Positions 1 to 9,139 of a DNA stretch of 54,327 bases are shown here, one piece after another. Source of the DNA: Acidimicrobiales bacterium (lineage in GTDB: Bacteria; Actinomycetota; Acidimicrobiia; Acidimicrobiales; Ilumatobacteraceae); the NCBI GenBank assembly GCA_035550895.1, contig DASZOG010000163.1, forward strand, positions 1-54,327, in the 5' to 3' direction. Each line of letters starts with the position of its first letter. Position 1 is the first letter of the stretch. The notes under the pieces are model-generated. The model had not been told where the DNA came from, ran no database searches, and was given only the letters and a program-made list of their open reading frames with translations. Both the position numbers and the translations under genes were made by a program.

Positions 1-502
1 CCCACGTCGCCAGGGTGGTCGGGTCGGTGACCCGGTCCACGAACAGCCTCCCGTCGAGGTGGTCGATCTCGTGCTGGAACGTCCCCGCGGTGAGCCCGCG
101 GCGGACCTCGTCGTGCTCCCGGCCCTCCCGATCGAGATACCGGACGCGCACGTTCACATGGCGGAGCACGTTGCCGCGCAGGTCCGGCACCGACAGGCAG
201 CCTTCGTTGTTCTCGAACAGCTCGTCGTCCACCGGTTCCCATGAAGGGTTCACGAGGACGGTCAGCGGGATCGGCGGCTTGTACGGGTAGCGCGGGTTCT
301 GGCCGACCTCGATCACGGCGACGCGCACCGGCTCGAACACCTGGTTGGCCGCGAGCCCGGCGCCGTTCGCGTCGCGCATCGTCTCGATCATGTCGTCGAT
401 CAGGCGCTGCACCTCGGGCGAGGCCAGATCCCCCGGCGTGAGGTCGCGGGCGCGCCGCCGGAGCACCGGATGACCGATCGTCGCGATCTTGCGGATCGTC
501 AC
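1..502 (-). CDS. def: peptide deformylase (C-terminal end runs off the window start)
   Basis: Own minus-strand translation from GTG at 500-502: VTIRKIATIGHPVLRRRARDL... It contains the three deformylase motifs GAGLAANQ, EGCLSVP and QHEIDHLDG. It is absent from the ORF track because it is open at the window edge. Confidence 0.9.
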   Translation of the reverse strand, partial: MTIRKIATIGHPVLRRRARDLTPGDLASPEVQRLIDDMIETMRDANGAGLAANQVFEPVRVAVIEVGQNPRYPYKPPIPLTVLVNPSWEPVDDELFENNEGCLSVPDLRGNVLRHVNVRVRYLDREGREHDEVRRGLTAGTFQHEIDHLDGRLFVDRVTDPTTLATW

Positions 503-548
503 AGCGTCACGACGCTACCGCCCGACCAGCGTCGGCGCGCGAGAACCC

Positions 549-586
549 GGGACGGTCCACACGGCCGGGGTGACCGGGACCGTCCC
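549..586 (-). terminator. GC-rich hairpin downstream of the CHRD gene (no clear U-tract)
   Basis: GGGACGGTCC (549-558) is the exact reverse complement of GGACCGTCCC (577-586). The 10-bp stem lies between the CHRD stop (612) and the def start (502). Confidence 0.4.
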
Positions 587-611
587 AGGTTCTGAGCCCG
601 CCAGGGGCGCG

Positions 612-1247
612 CTACGGGCCGGTGTAGGGCGGCGTCGTGTCCGGGTCCGGAGCCGGTGTCGTGTCCGGAGCGGGCGTCGTGTCCGGAGCCGGTGTCGTGT
701 CCGGAGCGGACGTGTCCGGCGGAAGCGGACCAGGCGTGATCGGCTCGACCACCTCGAGCAGCTGGCCGCGGATCGCGCCGGCCTGGAACGCGGACGAGTG
801 GACGTTCACGTAGTACTCCGCCGGGAAGCCGGAGATGTCACTGAGCAGCGTCTTGTCCTCGACGGGGACGCAACCGCGTCCACCTGTCGCCAGGAGCGGC
901 ACCAAGTCGACGACGATCGGCCCGTTCTGGCCCGCCACGCCGCTGTGGATGTGGAACGCGACCACGTCGCCGTCGATGCCGCCATAGCGCAGGTCGAGTA
1001 CGCAGACCTCACGCGCTTCACGGTCGACTTCCACGACCGCGTAGCCGGCCGCGTCGAGATCGCCGACGTTCGGGTTGCCGGCGTCGTCGACTTCGTTCGT
1101 GCCGTTCAGCAGCGCCACCAACGACCCGGAACCGGTCGCTTCAGGCGTGTCCGGGTGGCCACCGGCATTCGCCGCCCCGACGGCGATCACGGTCGCTGAC
1201 GCGACCGCGGCGCCGATGGCCGCCAAGTACTTCGTCGTGGTCCTCAT
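612..1247 (-). CDS. secreted CHRD domain-containing protein with C-terminal Pro/Thr repeat tail
   Basis: ORF 612..1337 trimmed to Met31 (ATG 1245-1247), where a signal peptide begins (MRTTTKYLAAIGAAVASATVIAVGAANA). CHRD-like core: AFHIHSGVAGQNGPIVVDL and AEYYVNVHSSAFQAGAIRGQL. The start could instead be Met27. Confidence 0.75.
   Translation of the reverse strand: MRTTTKYLAAIGAAVASATVIAVGAANAGGHPDTPEATGSGSLVALLNGTNEVDDAGNPNVGDLDAAGYAVVEVDREAREVCVLDLRYGGIDGDVVAFHIHSGVAGQNGPIVVDLVPLLATGGRGCVPVEDKTLLSDISGFPAEYYVNVHSSAFQAGAIRGQLLEVVEPITPGPLPPDTSAPDTTPAPDTTPAPDTTPAPDPDTTPPYTGP
631..722 (-). repeat. 18-nt coding tandem repeat (about 5 copies) encoding PDTTPA units
   Basis: Reiterated gtcgtgtccggagc(c/g)gg units. 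The protein tail reads PPDTSAPDTTPAPDTTPAPDTTPAPDPDTTPP. Confidence 0.85.
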
Positions 1248-1410
1248 CAGACCCCCCATCTCGTGGACGCGCGTGAGGCCCGCCCAGTTGCAGGTACGTC
1301 CGGTACGTACCGGTCGGTTCTGTGCCCTCCGGAGCACCGGTGCAAACGCCTACCGTACGACGTTCGCGAGGAGTCCGTGACCAAATCGTCAAAAAAGTGA
1401 AAAACGACGG

Positions 1411-3063
<1,653 letters not shown>

Positions 3064-3092
3064 GCCCGGACGTTACGTGGTCGCCGGGAGGG

Positions 3093-3671
3093 TCACGGGA
3101 GGGCGCCGGCGAAACCGAGCGCGAGGCGCACCAGGCGGTCGTGGCCGCCGGTCATCTCGGCCCGGACCGCGGTGCTGACCGCCTCCAGCGGCGTGACCCA
3201 GGCGACGTCGAGGGCCGACTGCGATGGCGCGCACTCCCCCGCGATCGGCACGAGGAACGCCAAGCTCACCGCGTGCTGCCGCGGGTCGTGAAAGCCGCTC
3301 ACCGTCGGATCGGGGAAGTACTCGACGACGGTGAACGGCGCCGGCTGAGGCGGCAGCTGCGGCCGACACACCGGGCCGAGGTCCTTGGCGATGTGGCGCA
3401 GCAGCGCCCGTCGGACCGTCTCGCCGTAGAGGATGCGGCCGCTGACCACGGCGCGGCTGATCGTGCCATCGGCCATCGCCCGCAGGAGCAGCCCGACGTG
3501 GGAGACCTGGCCGGCACCGTCGACGCGCACCGGCACCGCGTCGACGTAGACCATCGGCACCCGGCCGCGCACCAACTCCAGGTCCTCCGGAGCGAGCCAG
3601 CTGGTGTCGGTCTCCACGATGTCCACGCGCGCCAGTCTGACGGAAAGCCGCGCGCGGGACCGGAATCGCAT
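3093..3671 (-). CDS. NUDIX-fold / DUF4916-like protein
   Basis: ORF 3093..3860 trimmed to Met64 (ATG 3669-3671) because the upstream part looks non-coding. VYVDAVPVRVDGAGQVSHVGLLLR...GRILYGETVRRALLRH resembles DUF4916 NUDIX-like proteins. It sits 29 nt upstream of hutU on the same strand. Confidence 0.6.
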   Translation of the reverse strand: MRFRSRARLSVRLARVDIVETDTSWLAPEDLELVRGRVPMVYVDAVPVRVDGAGQVSHVGLLLRAMADGTISRAVVSGRILYGETVRRALLRHIAKDLGPVCRPQLPPQPAPFTVVEYFPDPTVSGFHDPRQHAVSLAFLVPIAGECAPSQSALDVAWVTPLEAVSTAVRAEMTGGHDRLVRLALGFAGALP

Positions 3672-3773
3672 CGCGGATGTGGAGGAGCTGTGGACGATGA
3701 GTGGAGAACGCGACCGATTCTGGGGATGGCCGAGAAATCCTGCGGATAACCCTGTGTATAGGCAAAATACTGC

Positions 3774-3802
3774 TTGACCAGGCACTTCGCGTCGTTCAGA
3801 GT
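3774..3802 (+). promoter_or_regulatory. sigma-A-like promoter candidate for the downstream RNA (TTGACC-N17-CAGAGT) with an AT-rich upstream patch
   Basis: TTGACC at 3774-3779, a 17-nt spacer, then CAGAGT at 3797-3802. It is preceded by the locally AT-rich tgtgtataggcaaaatactgc. No plus-strand CDS follows for more than 4 kb. Confidence 0.4.
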
Positions 3803-3808
3803 GTCCGT

Positions 3809-4196
3809 CAGCCGGAAGGTACGAGCGGTTCGGCGACGAGGAGGAGGCATTCGGGTCCACCGGCCCGAGCGCCCGATCCGGCGAGTCGGCCGGGAGTACC
3901 GGAAGGCAGGGTACGAGCCACCGGGTGGGGCTCCTTCGGGGGTTCTCACCGCTGGCATCGGGAGAGGTCTTCGGGCTTCGAGCGATGCCGGAGACCTCGG
4001 GGGCTGCCGGGGCGACCCGGGAGTTCTCGGGAGAAAAGGGCTCGCCCGCCGGAGTTTCGGCTCCGACGGGCGAGGGTGATCGATGCGAAGGCTACCAGCC
4101 GGGAGATCGATCGTGGTGGCATACGACCAGACGGGCTGCCCCGAGCAGCGGTCCGGCTCCGGCCGGGCTCGCCGCTCGGGGCGCTCTTCGTTTTGT
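3809..4196 (+). ncRNA. candidate ~390-nt structured non-coding RNA, class unknown
   Basis: Lies in a 616-bp gap (3672-4287) whose six-frame ORFs are all Arg/Pro/Gly-rich junk. It has a promoter-like element upstream and a hairpin plus T-tract at the 3' end. Stems: 3806-3838; 3954-3960/3983-3989 enclosing GAGGTC-UUCG-GGCTTC; 4041-4074 (13 bp); 4078-4084/4106-4112. The motif CCGGAAGG..GTACGAGC is duplicated (3812-3826, 3899-3918). Confidence 0.45.
4138..4196 (+). terminator. intrinsic-terminator-like hairpin followed by a T-rich tract
   Basis: GCCCCGAGC (4138-4146) pairs with GCTCGGGGC (4174-4182), with an inner CCGG/CCGG helix. It is followed by gctcttcgttttgtg. The T-tract is present only when read on the plus strand. 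Confidence 0.5.
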
Positions 4197-4287
4197 GGGG
4201 GAAGCGCAACGGAGCGCTGACCGCGTCTTCCGGAGCGCGTCGCGGTGTGCCGGGTCCACCACCCTCGGGACACCGCGACTGCGCCGG

Positions 4288-4821
4288 TCACCAGACCTCC
4301 CCGGCCCGCCAGTCGCACGTGATGCCCGCGGTGAGATCGAGCTCGCCGGTGCGCGCGGTGCGCAACACCATCACTCCGCCGTCGTCCTCCGGCGTCCGCG
4401 TCCGACCCCCCGGCGCATCCACGAACGTCGGGCCGAGCCAGTGCTCCCAACCGAGGCGGGCGTAGAGCTCGGGCACGTCGGCCGACAGCGCGCCCAGCGC
4501 GTGCTCGGCCCGGATCGCCTCCCCGGCGGCCTGCATCACCCGGCTGGCGTACCCCCGGCCACGGGCCGCTGGTCGTGTCGCGACGCCCTCCACGTAGCCG
4601 GTCGCCAACCGCCGCTCGCCGACGACCAACTGGCGCGGGACGATCGCGGCGTGAGCCACCAGCTCACCGCCGTCGCACGCCAGGACGTGGAGACCGCCGA
4701 CGGTGTGCTCCCAGTCCGTGCCGTCGAACCGGCCCGCGAAGGCCACCTCCAGCACGTGGCGGATCTCGGTCAGTGCCCCTTCCGCCAGCTCCCGTGTGGG
4801 AACGACGGAAACGACGGCCAT
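4288..4821 (-). CDS. aminoglycoside 2'-N-acetyltransferase AAC(2')-I-like GNAT
   Basis: ORF 4288..4863 trimmed to Met15 (ATG 4819-4821). AFAGRFDGTDWEHTVGGLH, GYVEGVATRP, LGALSA and the C-terminal CDWRAGEVW closely parallel mycobacterial AAC(2')-Ic as I recall it. Confidence 0.8.
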   Translation of the reverse strand: MAVVSVVPTRELAEGALTEIRHVLEVAFAGRFDGTDWEHTVGGLHVLACDGGELVAHAAIVPRQLVVGERRLATGYVEGVATRPAARGRGYASRVMQAAGEAIRAEHALGALSADVPELYARLGWEHWLGPTFVDAPGGRTRTPEDDGGVMVLRTARTGELDLTAGITCDWRAGEVW

Positions 4822-4890
4822 GCGGCCAGCTTCGCGCCGGTCAGGTGACGATGCCGGCGCCAACCGTGGCGTGTGCCGGGGGCCTCGCGG

Positions 4891-7800
4891 TCAGGGTCGC
4901 ACGTCCCACTCCACCGTGCCGGCATACGCGCAGAACGTTCCGGTGCGCACGTTCTGGTCGAGGTGCTCGCCGAGCACCGGGTGGTGCTCCCCGATCCGGC
5001 GGATCGCCGTCCGGAGCGCCTTCGTCACGGCGAAGCGGGCCCGCTCGGCGGCGCCCGGCGTCTTGCGGTCGCGCCCCCCGAGCCCTGTGGCCCGGGACAG
5101 CTCGGCGAGCAGCGCGTCGAGCTCTGCCTGCGCTCGCGCAGCGCGTGCCGTGTCGTTCCACTCCGTCGCCTCGTCGAGCTCGGTCTGCAGCTCCTGGACC
5201 CGCGCCCGGTAGGCCGCCTTGGCCGACGCGTCGAGCAGCGGCGCGCCGGCGGCCTCGACGAGCGCCGCCCGCCCGCCGCCGGCCAAGTCGAGGACGTGCA
5301 CCTCCTCGCCCGGCCGGGCGAGGAGCCTGGCCAGATGACCGATGCCCGTGGTGTGCCGGACGCGCACCGTCGCGCCGTCGAACGTCAGCGCCCAGACGTC
5401 GCCTTCGCGCACCGCCATCGCCGGCGCGGCATGCTCCGGCTCCACGCTCCCGGAGCCGAGCTCGGCCGCGCCATCGCCCGCACCGGCCCGCCGCCAGTCC
5501 GCTGCGAGCGGCGCGACGCCGTTCAACGGCAGCTGCACGCCGAAGCGCTCCGCCGCCTCGGCGGCGTTCGCCGCGAGGAGCGCGGCGCGCTCCCCGTCAC
5601 CCGCGCCTCCGCGCTGCACCAGCGTGCGCGCCAGCGCGTACGCGACGTCCGCCGCGAACACCGGCGCGCCGAGTGCTGCGCAGGTCGCCAACGCCACTTC
5701 GTACGCGCCGACGGCGTCGTCGAGCCGGCCGGCGGCCTCCGCCGTGAGCCCGAGCGTGAACCCGACCGGCCCCAGGTTCGCCAGACCTGTGCGGCTGAAC
5801 GTGACGAACGAGGTGGCGTGAGGGGCCAACAGTTCGCTGGCGGCGGCTGCCAGCTCCTGGTCGCCGACAGCGACGGCTGCCTGCCCGGCGAGCGCGACTC
5901 CGGCGACCCACGTGAAGTCGCGCGGCGCGCCCGCGAGACCAGCGACGCCGATGCGGCGGAGCGCAGCGCGGGTGGCAGCCGTCCGTGCCGCGGCAACGGA
6001 GGCCAGGGCCATCGCGGCGCGGACCGACATCGTGTCCGGGAACCGCTCCACGGTGCGCTCGAGCTCCGGCACCAGCTCCGCGGCCCGCCCCTGCGCCATC
6101 CGCAGGCAACGGCGCGAGATCGCCACCGCGGCTGCACCGGTCGCCTGCCGGGACCGCTGGTACGTCTGCGCGGCACCGTCGAGCAGGCGCTCGGCCTCGG
6201 CCCAGTCCCCTGCCAGCGTGGCGAGCGCGGCGCGCTGCATCGGGACGACGCGGGCGAACACCGGCAGGCGGGACACTGCCGCCAGGCGCTCGAACGCGTC
6301 GAGCTCGACGCGCAGCGCCGGCCCGTCGGCCAGCTCGACCAGCAGGCCGACGCGCAGGATCCGTCCGTGGAGCCCGAGCCGCCGATCGCCCACCTGCTCG
6401 GCAAGCGCGACGACCTCGGTCGCGGCCGCCAGGCGCCGTTCCGCGTTCTCGGCGCGGGAGGCACTGACCTGCTCGGCGAGGACGCGCGCCAGCGTCGAGG
6501 GGTCGCCGAGGCGGCGGCTCATCGCCACCGCATCGCGGAACAACGTCTCCTTGCGTCGTTCCTCAGCGGTGAACAGCAGCGCCGTCCCCAGCCCGGCCAT
6601 CGCCCGTGCCCGCAGTGTGGTGTCGTCAGGGGGGAGGCCGGCGAGCGCGTCCTCGAGGATCGCGACGAGATCGGGGTCGGTCGTCAGCACGACGAACGGC
6701 TCGCCGGTCTCGAGTCCGATCTCGACGAGCAGGTCGGCGCGGCCGGCGCGCCGGGCGAGGCGCGCCGCCTCGTCCCGCGCCGCCACGGCGAGCCGCGGCG
6801 CGCCGGCGAGGTTCTGCGCCCGGGCCAGCTGGTGGAGGAGCACCGCCCGCTCGGCCGGATGGTCGCCGGTGAGCGCGTCGAGCTCGACAGCCCGCGCGTA
6901 GTGCACCGCCGCCTGCTCGTGCGCGAGCTGCTCGAGGGCGTGCTCGGCCGCCCGGACGCACGCGCCGACCGCCCGGGACGGCTCGACGACCGGCACGGCG
7001 CGTGTCCAGTGGAACGCGAGCTCGTCGACCCGCGTGTCGAGGCGCTCCCCCACCGATGCCTCGATCCGCCGCGCGTGCCGCGCGTGCAGCTCGGCGCGGC
7101 GCGGCCGGGGCACGTCGTCGTACAGGACCTCCGGTACCAGGGCGTGAACGAAGCGGATCGTGTGGCCGTCACTGCGCACGAGGCGCGCCGCGACCGCCGG
7201 CTCGAGCCGGTGAAGCGCTTCGACGTCGCCCACGCCGGACAGGGCACCAAGGTCCGCCGCGCTGAACGTGACGCCGACGACGCTCGCCATCTCCAGCGCG
7301 TCGACGGTCGCCGCGGGGAGCCGGGCGACCCGGTCGCGCACCACCTGGCGGACGTTGTGCGGCAGTTCGGCATCGCGCGCCCCGTCGCCGCTGGCGAGCA
7401 GCCGCACCAGCTCCCGCACGAAGAACGGGTTCCCCCCGGAGTCACGGGCGACCTGCTCGACCAGGGTGTCAGGGGCGTCCGGGCTGGACGAGCGGAGCAT
7501 CGCCTCGACGTCGTCGGCGTCGAGCCCGCGCAGCTGGAGGTGCTCGATGTGGGCCGCCGGCCGGCCGACGAGCATCCGCAGAGGGTGCTCCGGCTCGAGC
7601 TCGACGTCCCGGTAGGTGCCGAGGAACAGCACGGGCGCCCCATGGAGCTGCTGGGCGGCGAAGTCGAGCAGCTCGATCGACGGCGGGTCGGCCCAGTGGA
7701 GGTCGTCGAGGACGATGCACAGTGGCGTCTCCCCCGCCAGCACACCCAGCCCCTGGGCGAGCGCATCGAAGACCCGGAAGCGGTCGGTGTCACCGGTGGC

Positions 7801-8178
7801 CGGGGCGCCGCCCATGACCTCCCGCCCGAGCGGGCCGAGGTCGGCCTGCACGGGGAGGAACGCGTCGGCCACCTGCTCCGCCGGGAGGGTGCGCCGCACG
7901 TGGCGCAGCACCTGCAGCCACGGCCAGAACGCCGGTGTTCCCGGTCCCTGCCAGCACGTCGCCCACACGGTGGCCAGCTGCTCCGCAGCGGCGACCGCGA
8001 CGGCGTCGGCCGCCAAGCTCGACTTGCCGATCCCGGGCTCGCCGGCGATCAACACCAGGCAGCCCGGTCCCCGCGCCGACCGCCGGACCAGCTCCCGGAG
8101 GTGGCCGCGTTCGGCGTCACGCCCGAGGAGGTCACCGCGCGGGACGCCCGGCACGACGGACGTCGACGGCTCGCTCAC
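4891..8178 (-). CDS. large P-loop ATPase (AAA_16/STAND-like) with TPR-like helical repeats and a non-LuxR C-terminal domain
   Basis: In-frame GTG at 8176-8178 is preceded by GGAGGAAGGAGGG. Walker A: LIAGEPGIGKSSL. Walker B region: CIVLDDLHWAD. A long Ala/Leu-rich helical-repeat middle follows. C-terminus: LDASAKAAYRARVQELQTELDEA...AERARFAVTKALRTAIRRIGEHHPVLGEHL. No LuxR HTH is seen. The track ORF 4891..9522 over-extends into the antisense of the sigma operon. Confidence 0.85.
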   Translation of the reverse strand: MSEPSTSVVPGVPRGDLLGRDAERGHLRELVRRSARGPGCLVLIAGEPGIGKSSLAADAVAVAAAEQLATVWATCWQGPGTPAFWPWLQVLRHVRRTLPAEQVADAFLPVQADLGPLGREVMGGAPATGDTDRFRVFDALAQGLGVLAGETPLCIVLDDLHWADPPSIELLDFAAQQLHGAPVLFLGTYRDVELEPEHPLRMLVGRPAAHIEHLQLRGLDADDVEAMLRSSSPDAPDTLVEQVARDSGGNPFFVRELVRLLASGDGARDAELPHNVRQVVRDRVARLPAATVDALEMASVVGVTFSAADLGALSGVGDVEALHRLEPAVAARLVRSDGHTIRFVHALVPEVLYDDVPRPRRAELHARHARRIEASVGERLDTRVDELAFHWTRAVPVVEPSRAVGACVRAAEHALEQLAHEQAAVHYARAVELDALTGDHPAERAVLLHQLARAQNLAGAPRLAVAARDEAARLARRAGRADLLVEIGLETGEPFVVLTTDPDLVAILEDALAGLPPDDTTLRARAMAGLGTALLFTAEERRKETLFRDAVAMSRRLGDPSTLARVLAEQVSASRAENAERRLAAATEVVALAEQVGDRRLGLHGRILRVGLLVELADGPALRVELDAFERLAAVSRLPVFARVVPMQRAALATLAGDWAEAERLLDGAAQTYQRSRQATGAAAVAISRRCLRMAQGRAAELVPELERTVERFPDTMSVRAAMALASVAAARTAATRAALRRIGVAGLAGAPRDFTWVAGVALAGQAAVAVGDQELAAAASELLAPHATSFVTFSRTGLANLGPVGFTLGLTAEAAGRLDDAVGAYEVALATCAALGAPVFAADVAYALARTLVQRGGAGDGERAALLAANAAEAAERFGVQLPLNGVAPLAADWRRAGAGDGAAELGSGSVEPEHAAPAMAVREGDVWALTFDGATVRVRHTTGIGHLARLLARPGEEVHVLDLAGGGRAALVEAAGAPLLDASAKAAYRARVQELQTELDEATEWNDTARAARAQAELDALLAELSRATGLGGRDRKTPGAAERARFAVTKALRTAIRRIGEHHPVLGEHLDQNVRTGTFCAYAGTVEWDVRP

Positions 8179-8195
8179 CACCCTCCTTCCTCCGC

Positions 8196-8246
8196 GACGT
8201 GACCATCGTCGCATGCTCGGGTCACGCCCGTGACCCCGAAAGTCAC
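8196..8246. promoter_or_regulatory. cluster of GTGAC(C) half-sites and palindromes in the divergent STAND / ECF-sigma intergenic region
   Basis: GTGACC at 8199-8204. Perfect palindrome GGTCAC-GCCC-GTGACC at 8220-8235. GTGAC-N7-GTCAC at 8230-8246. CGACG-N7-CGTCG at 8195-8211. Confidence 0.4.
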
Positions 8247-8280
8247 GCCAAGGAGATGGCGCGACCAAACGGAGCACACG

Positions 8281-8880
8281 ATGCCGACTGCCACTGCTGA
8301 CCTGACCGCCACGACTGCCCCGCCGAGTGCCGGCCCGGACGGCGAGGACCTCTTGGCCTCGGTCGCCGCGAGCGAGGAAGGGGCGATGCACGCCCTGTGG
8401 AGCCGATACGCCCGGCCGGTGCGCCGGCTGGCGACGCAACTGTCCGGCGGGGACGCTCGCGACGCCGACGACGTCGTGCAGGAGACGATGTCCCGGGTGT
8501 GGCGGCACGCCGGGAGCTTCGACCCGGCGCAGGGGACGGAGGCGACGTTCGTGTTCACGATCGCCCGGCGGGTGATCATCGACCGCTGGCGCAGGGCCAG
8601 CCGGCGCGTCGACGAGGCCGAGCTGGCCTACCACCCGCTGCTGGACAGCGGCGCCGGCCACGCCTTCGACGCCGTACTGGCGAGGACGGTCGTGCGCGCC
8701 GCCGTCGCCAAGCTGGCCCCTCGGCACCGCGAGGTGATCGAGCTGGCCTACTTCCGCGGGCTGACGCAGGCCGAGATCGCCGAGCGCCTGGCGACGCCGC
8801 TCGGCACGGTGAAGACGCGCACGTTCAGCGCCCTGCGGGTGCTGCGGGCCGAGGTCGGCGACGTCGGGCTCGTCGCCTGA
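8281..8880 (+). CDS. ECF-type RNA polymerase sigma-70 family sigma factor
   Basis: ATG 8281 is preceded by ACGGAG; a GTG at 8230 is an alternative start. Region 2: DADDVVQETMSRVWRHAGSFD. Region 4: EVIELAYFRGLTQAEIAERLATPLGTVKTRTFSALRVLR. Confidence 0.9.
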   Translation: MPTATADLTATTAPPSAGPDGEDLLASVAASEEGAMHALWSRYARPVRRLATQLSGGDARDADDVVQETMSRVWRHAGSFDPAQGTEATFVFTIARRVIIDRWRRASRRVDEAELAYHPLLDSGAGHAFDAVLARTVVRAAVAKLAPRHREVIELAYFRGLTQAEIAERLATPLGTVKTRTFSALRVLRAEVGDVGLVA

Positions 8881-8882
8881 CG

Positions 8883-9110
8883 ATGACCACGGCAGAGAGG
8901 CCGGACGATGGACCGACGGATGCGGCGTGGCACCACGTGGCCGGCGGTGTCGACCTGCCCGGGTACCTGGGCGGCCGGCTCCCGATCGGCGACCAGCGGG
9001 CGGTCGAGGACCACCTACGTGCGTGCGCCGATTGCACCGCGGCCGTGACGAGCCTGCGCGCCGTCGACCTGCTCCTCTCGTTCGCCGCCGAGCCCGACCG
9101 CCACGGCTGA
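8883..9110 (+). CDS. small cytoplasmic zinc-binding anti-sigma factor (ZAS, zf-HC2), 75 aa, no TM segment
   Basis: The ATG lies 2 nt after the sigma stop. Complete ZAS ligand pattern H18-x25-H44-x3-C48-x2-C51 (AWHHVAGG ... VEDHLRACADCTAAV). No hydrophobic segment is present. Confidence 0.8.
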   Translation: MTTAERPDDGPTDAAWHHVAGGVDLPGYLGGRLPIGDQRAVEDHLRACADCTAAVTSLRAVDLLLSFAAEPDRHG

Positions 9111-9139
9111 CGCCCGCCGTCGCGGGGAACAACGGGGGC

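Noticed and set aside
631-722. Possible CRISPR-like or non-coding tandem repeats (also 24581..24691)
   Set aside because: The repeat units are contiguous without spacers. They lie in frame inside genes with signal peptides and encode Pro/Thr linkers.
1385-1410. A/T-rich tract (caaaaaagtgaaaaacgacgg) after hutU as a canonical intrinsic terminator
   Set aside because: Only a 4-bp CGTC/GACG stem can form around it. It may contribute to hutU termination or to the CHRD promoter, but the structure is too weak to call.
3722-3790. tRNA-like start GGGGATGGCCGAG (class II tRNA 5' end look-alike)
   Set aside because: There is no D-loop consensus, no anticodon stem, no GGTTCGAATCC T-arm and no acceptor complement downstream.
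3806-3920. SRP RNA helix-8-like GUCAGCCGGAAGG, and RNase P, tmRNA and riboswitch identities for the candidate RNA
   Set aside because: A GNRA-capped CCGGAAGG is present. The invariant SRP GGAAGCAGC, the RNase P GGAAAGUCCGG/ACAGAA, the tmRNA tRNA-like ends and tag ORF, and the cobalamin/TPP cores are all absent. The RNA is therefore left unclassified rather than named.
4873-8202. 1109-aa plus-strand ORF, with nested ORFs 4575..5747 and 5912..6901
   Set aside because: It is antisense to the STAND ATPase gene. The translation is Arg/Pro/Gly/Ala-dominated with no recognisable motif, a typical shadow ORF of a high-GC gene.
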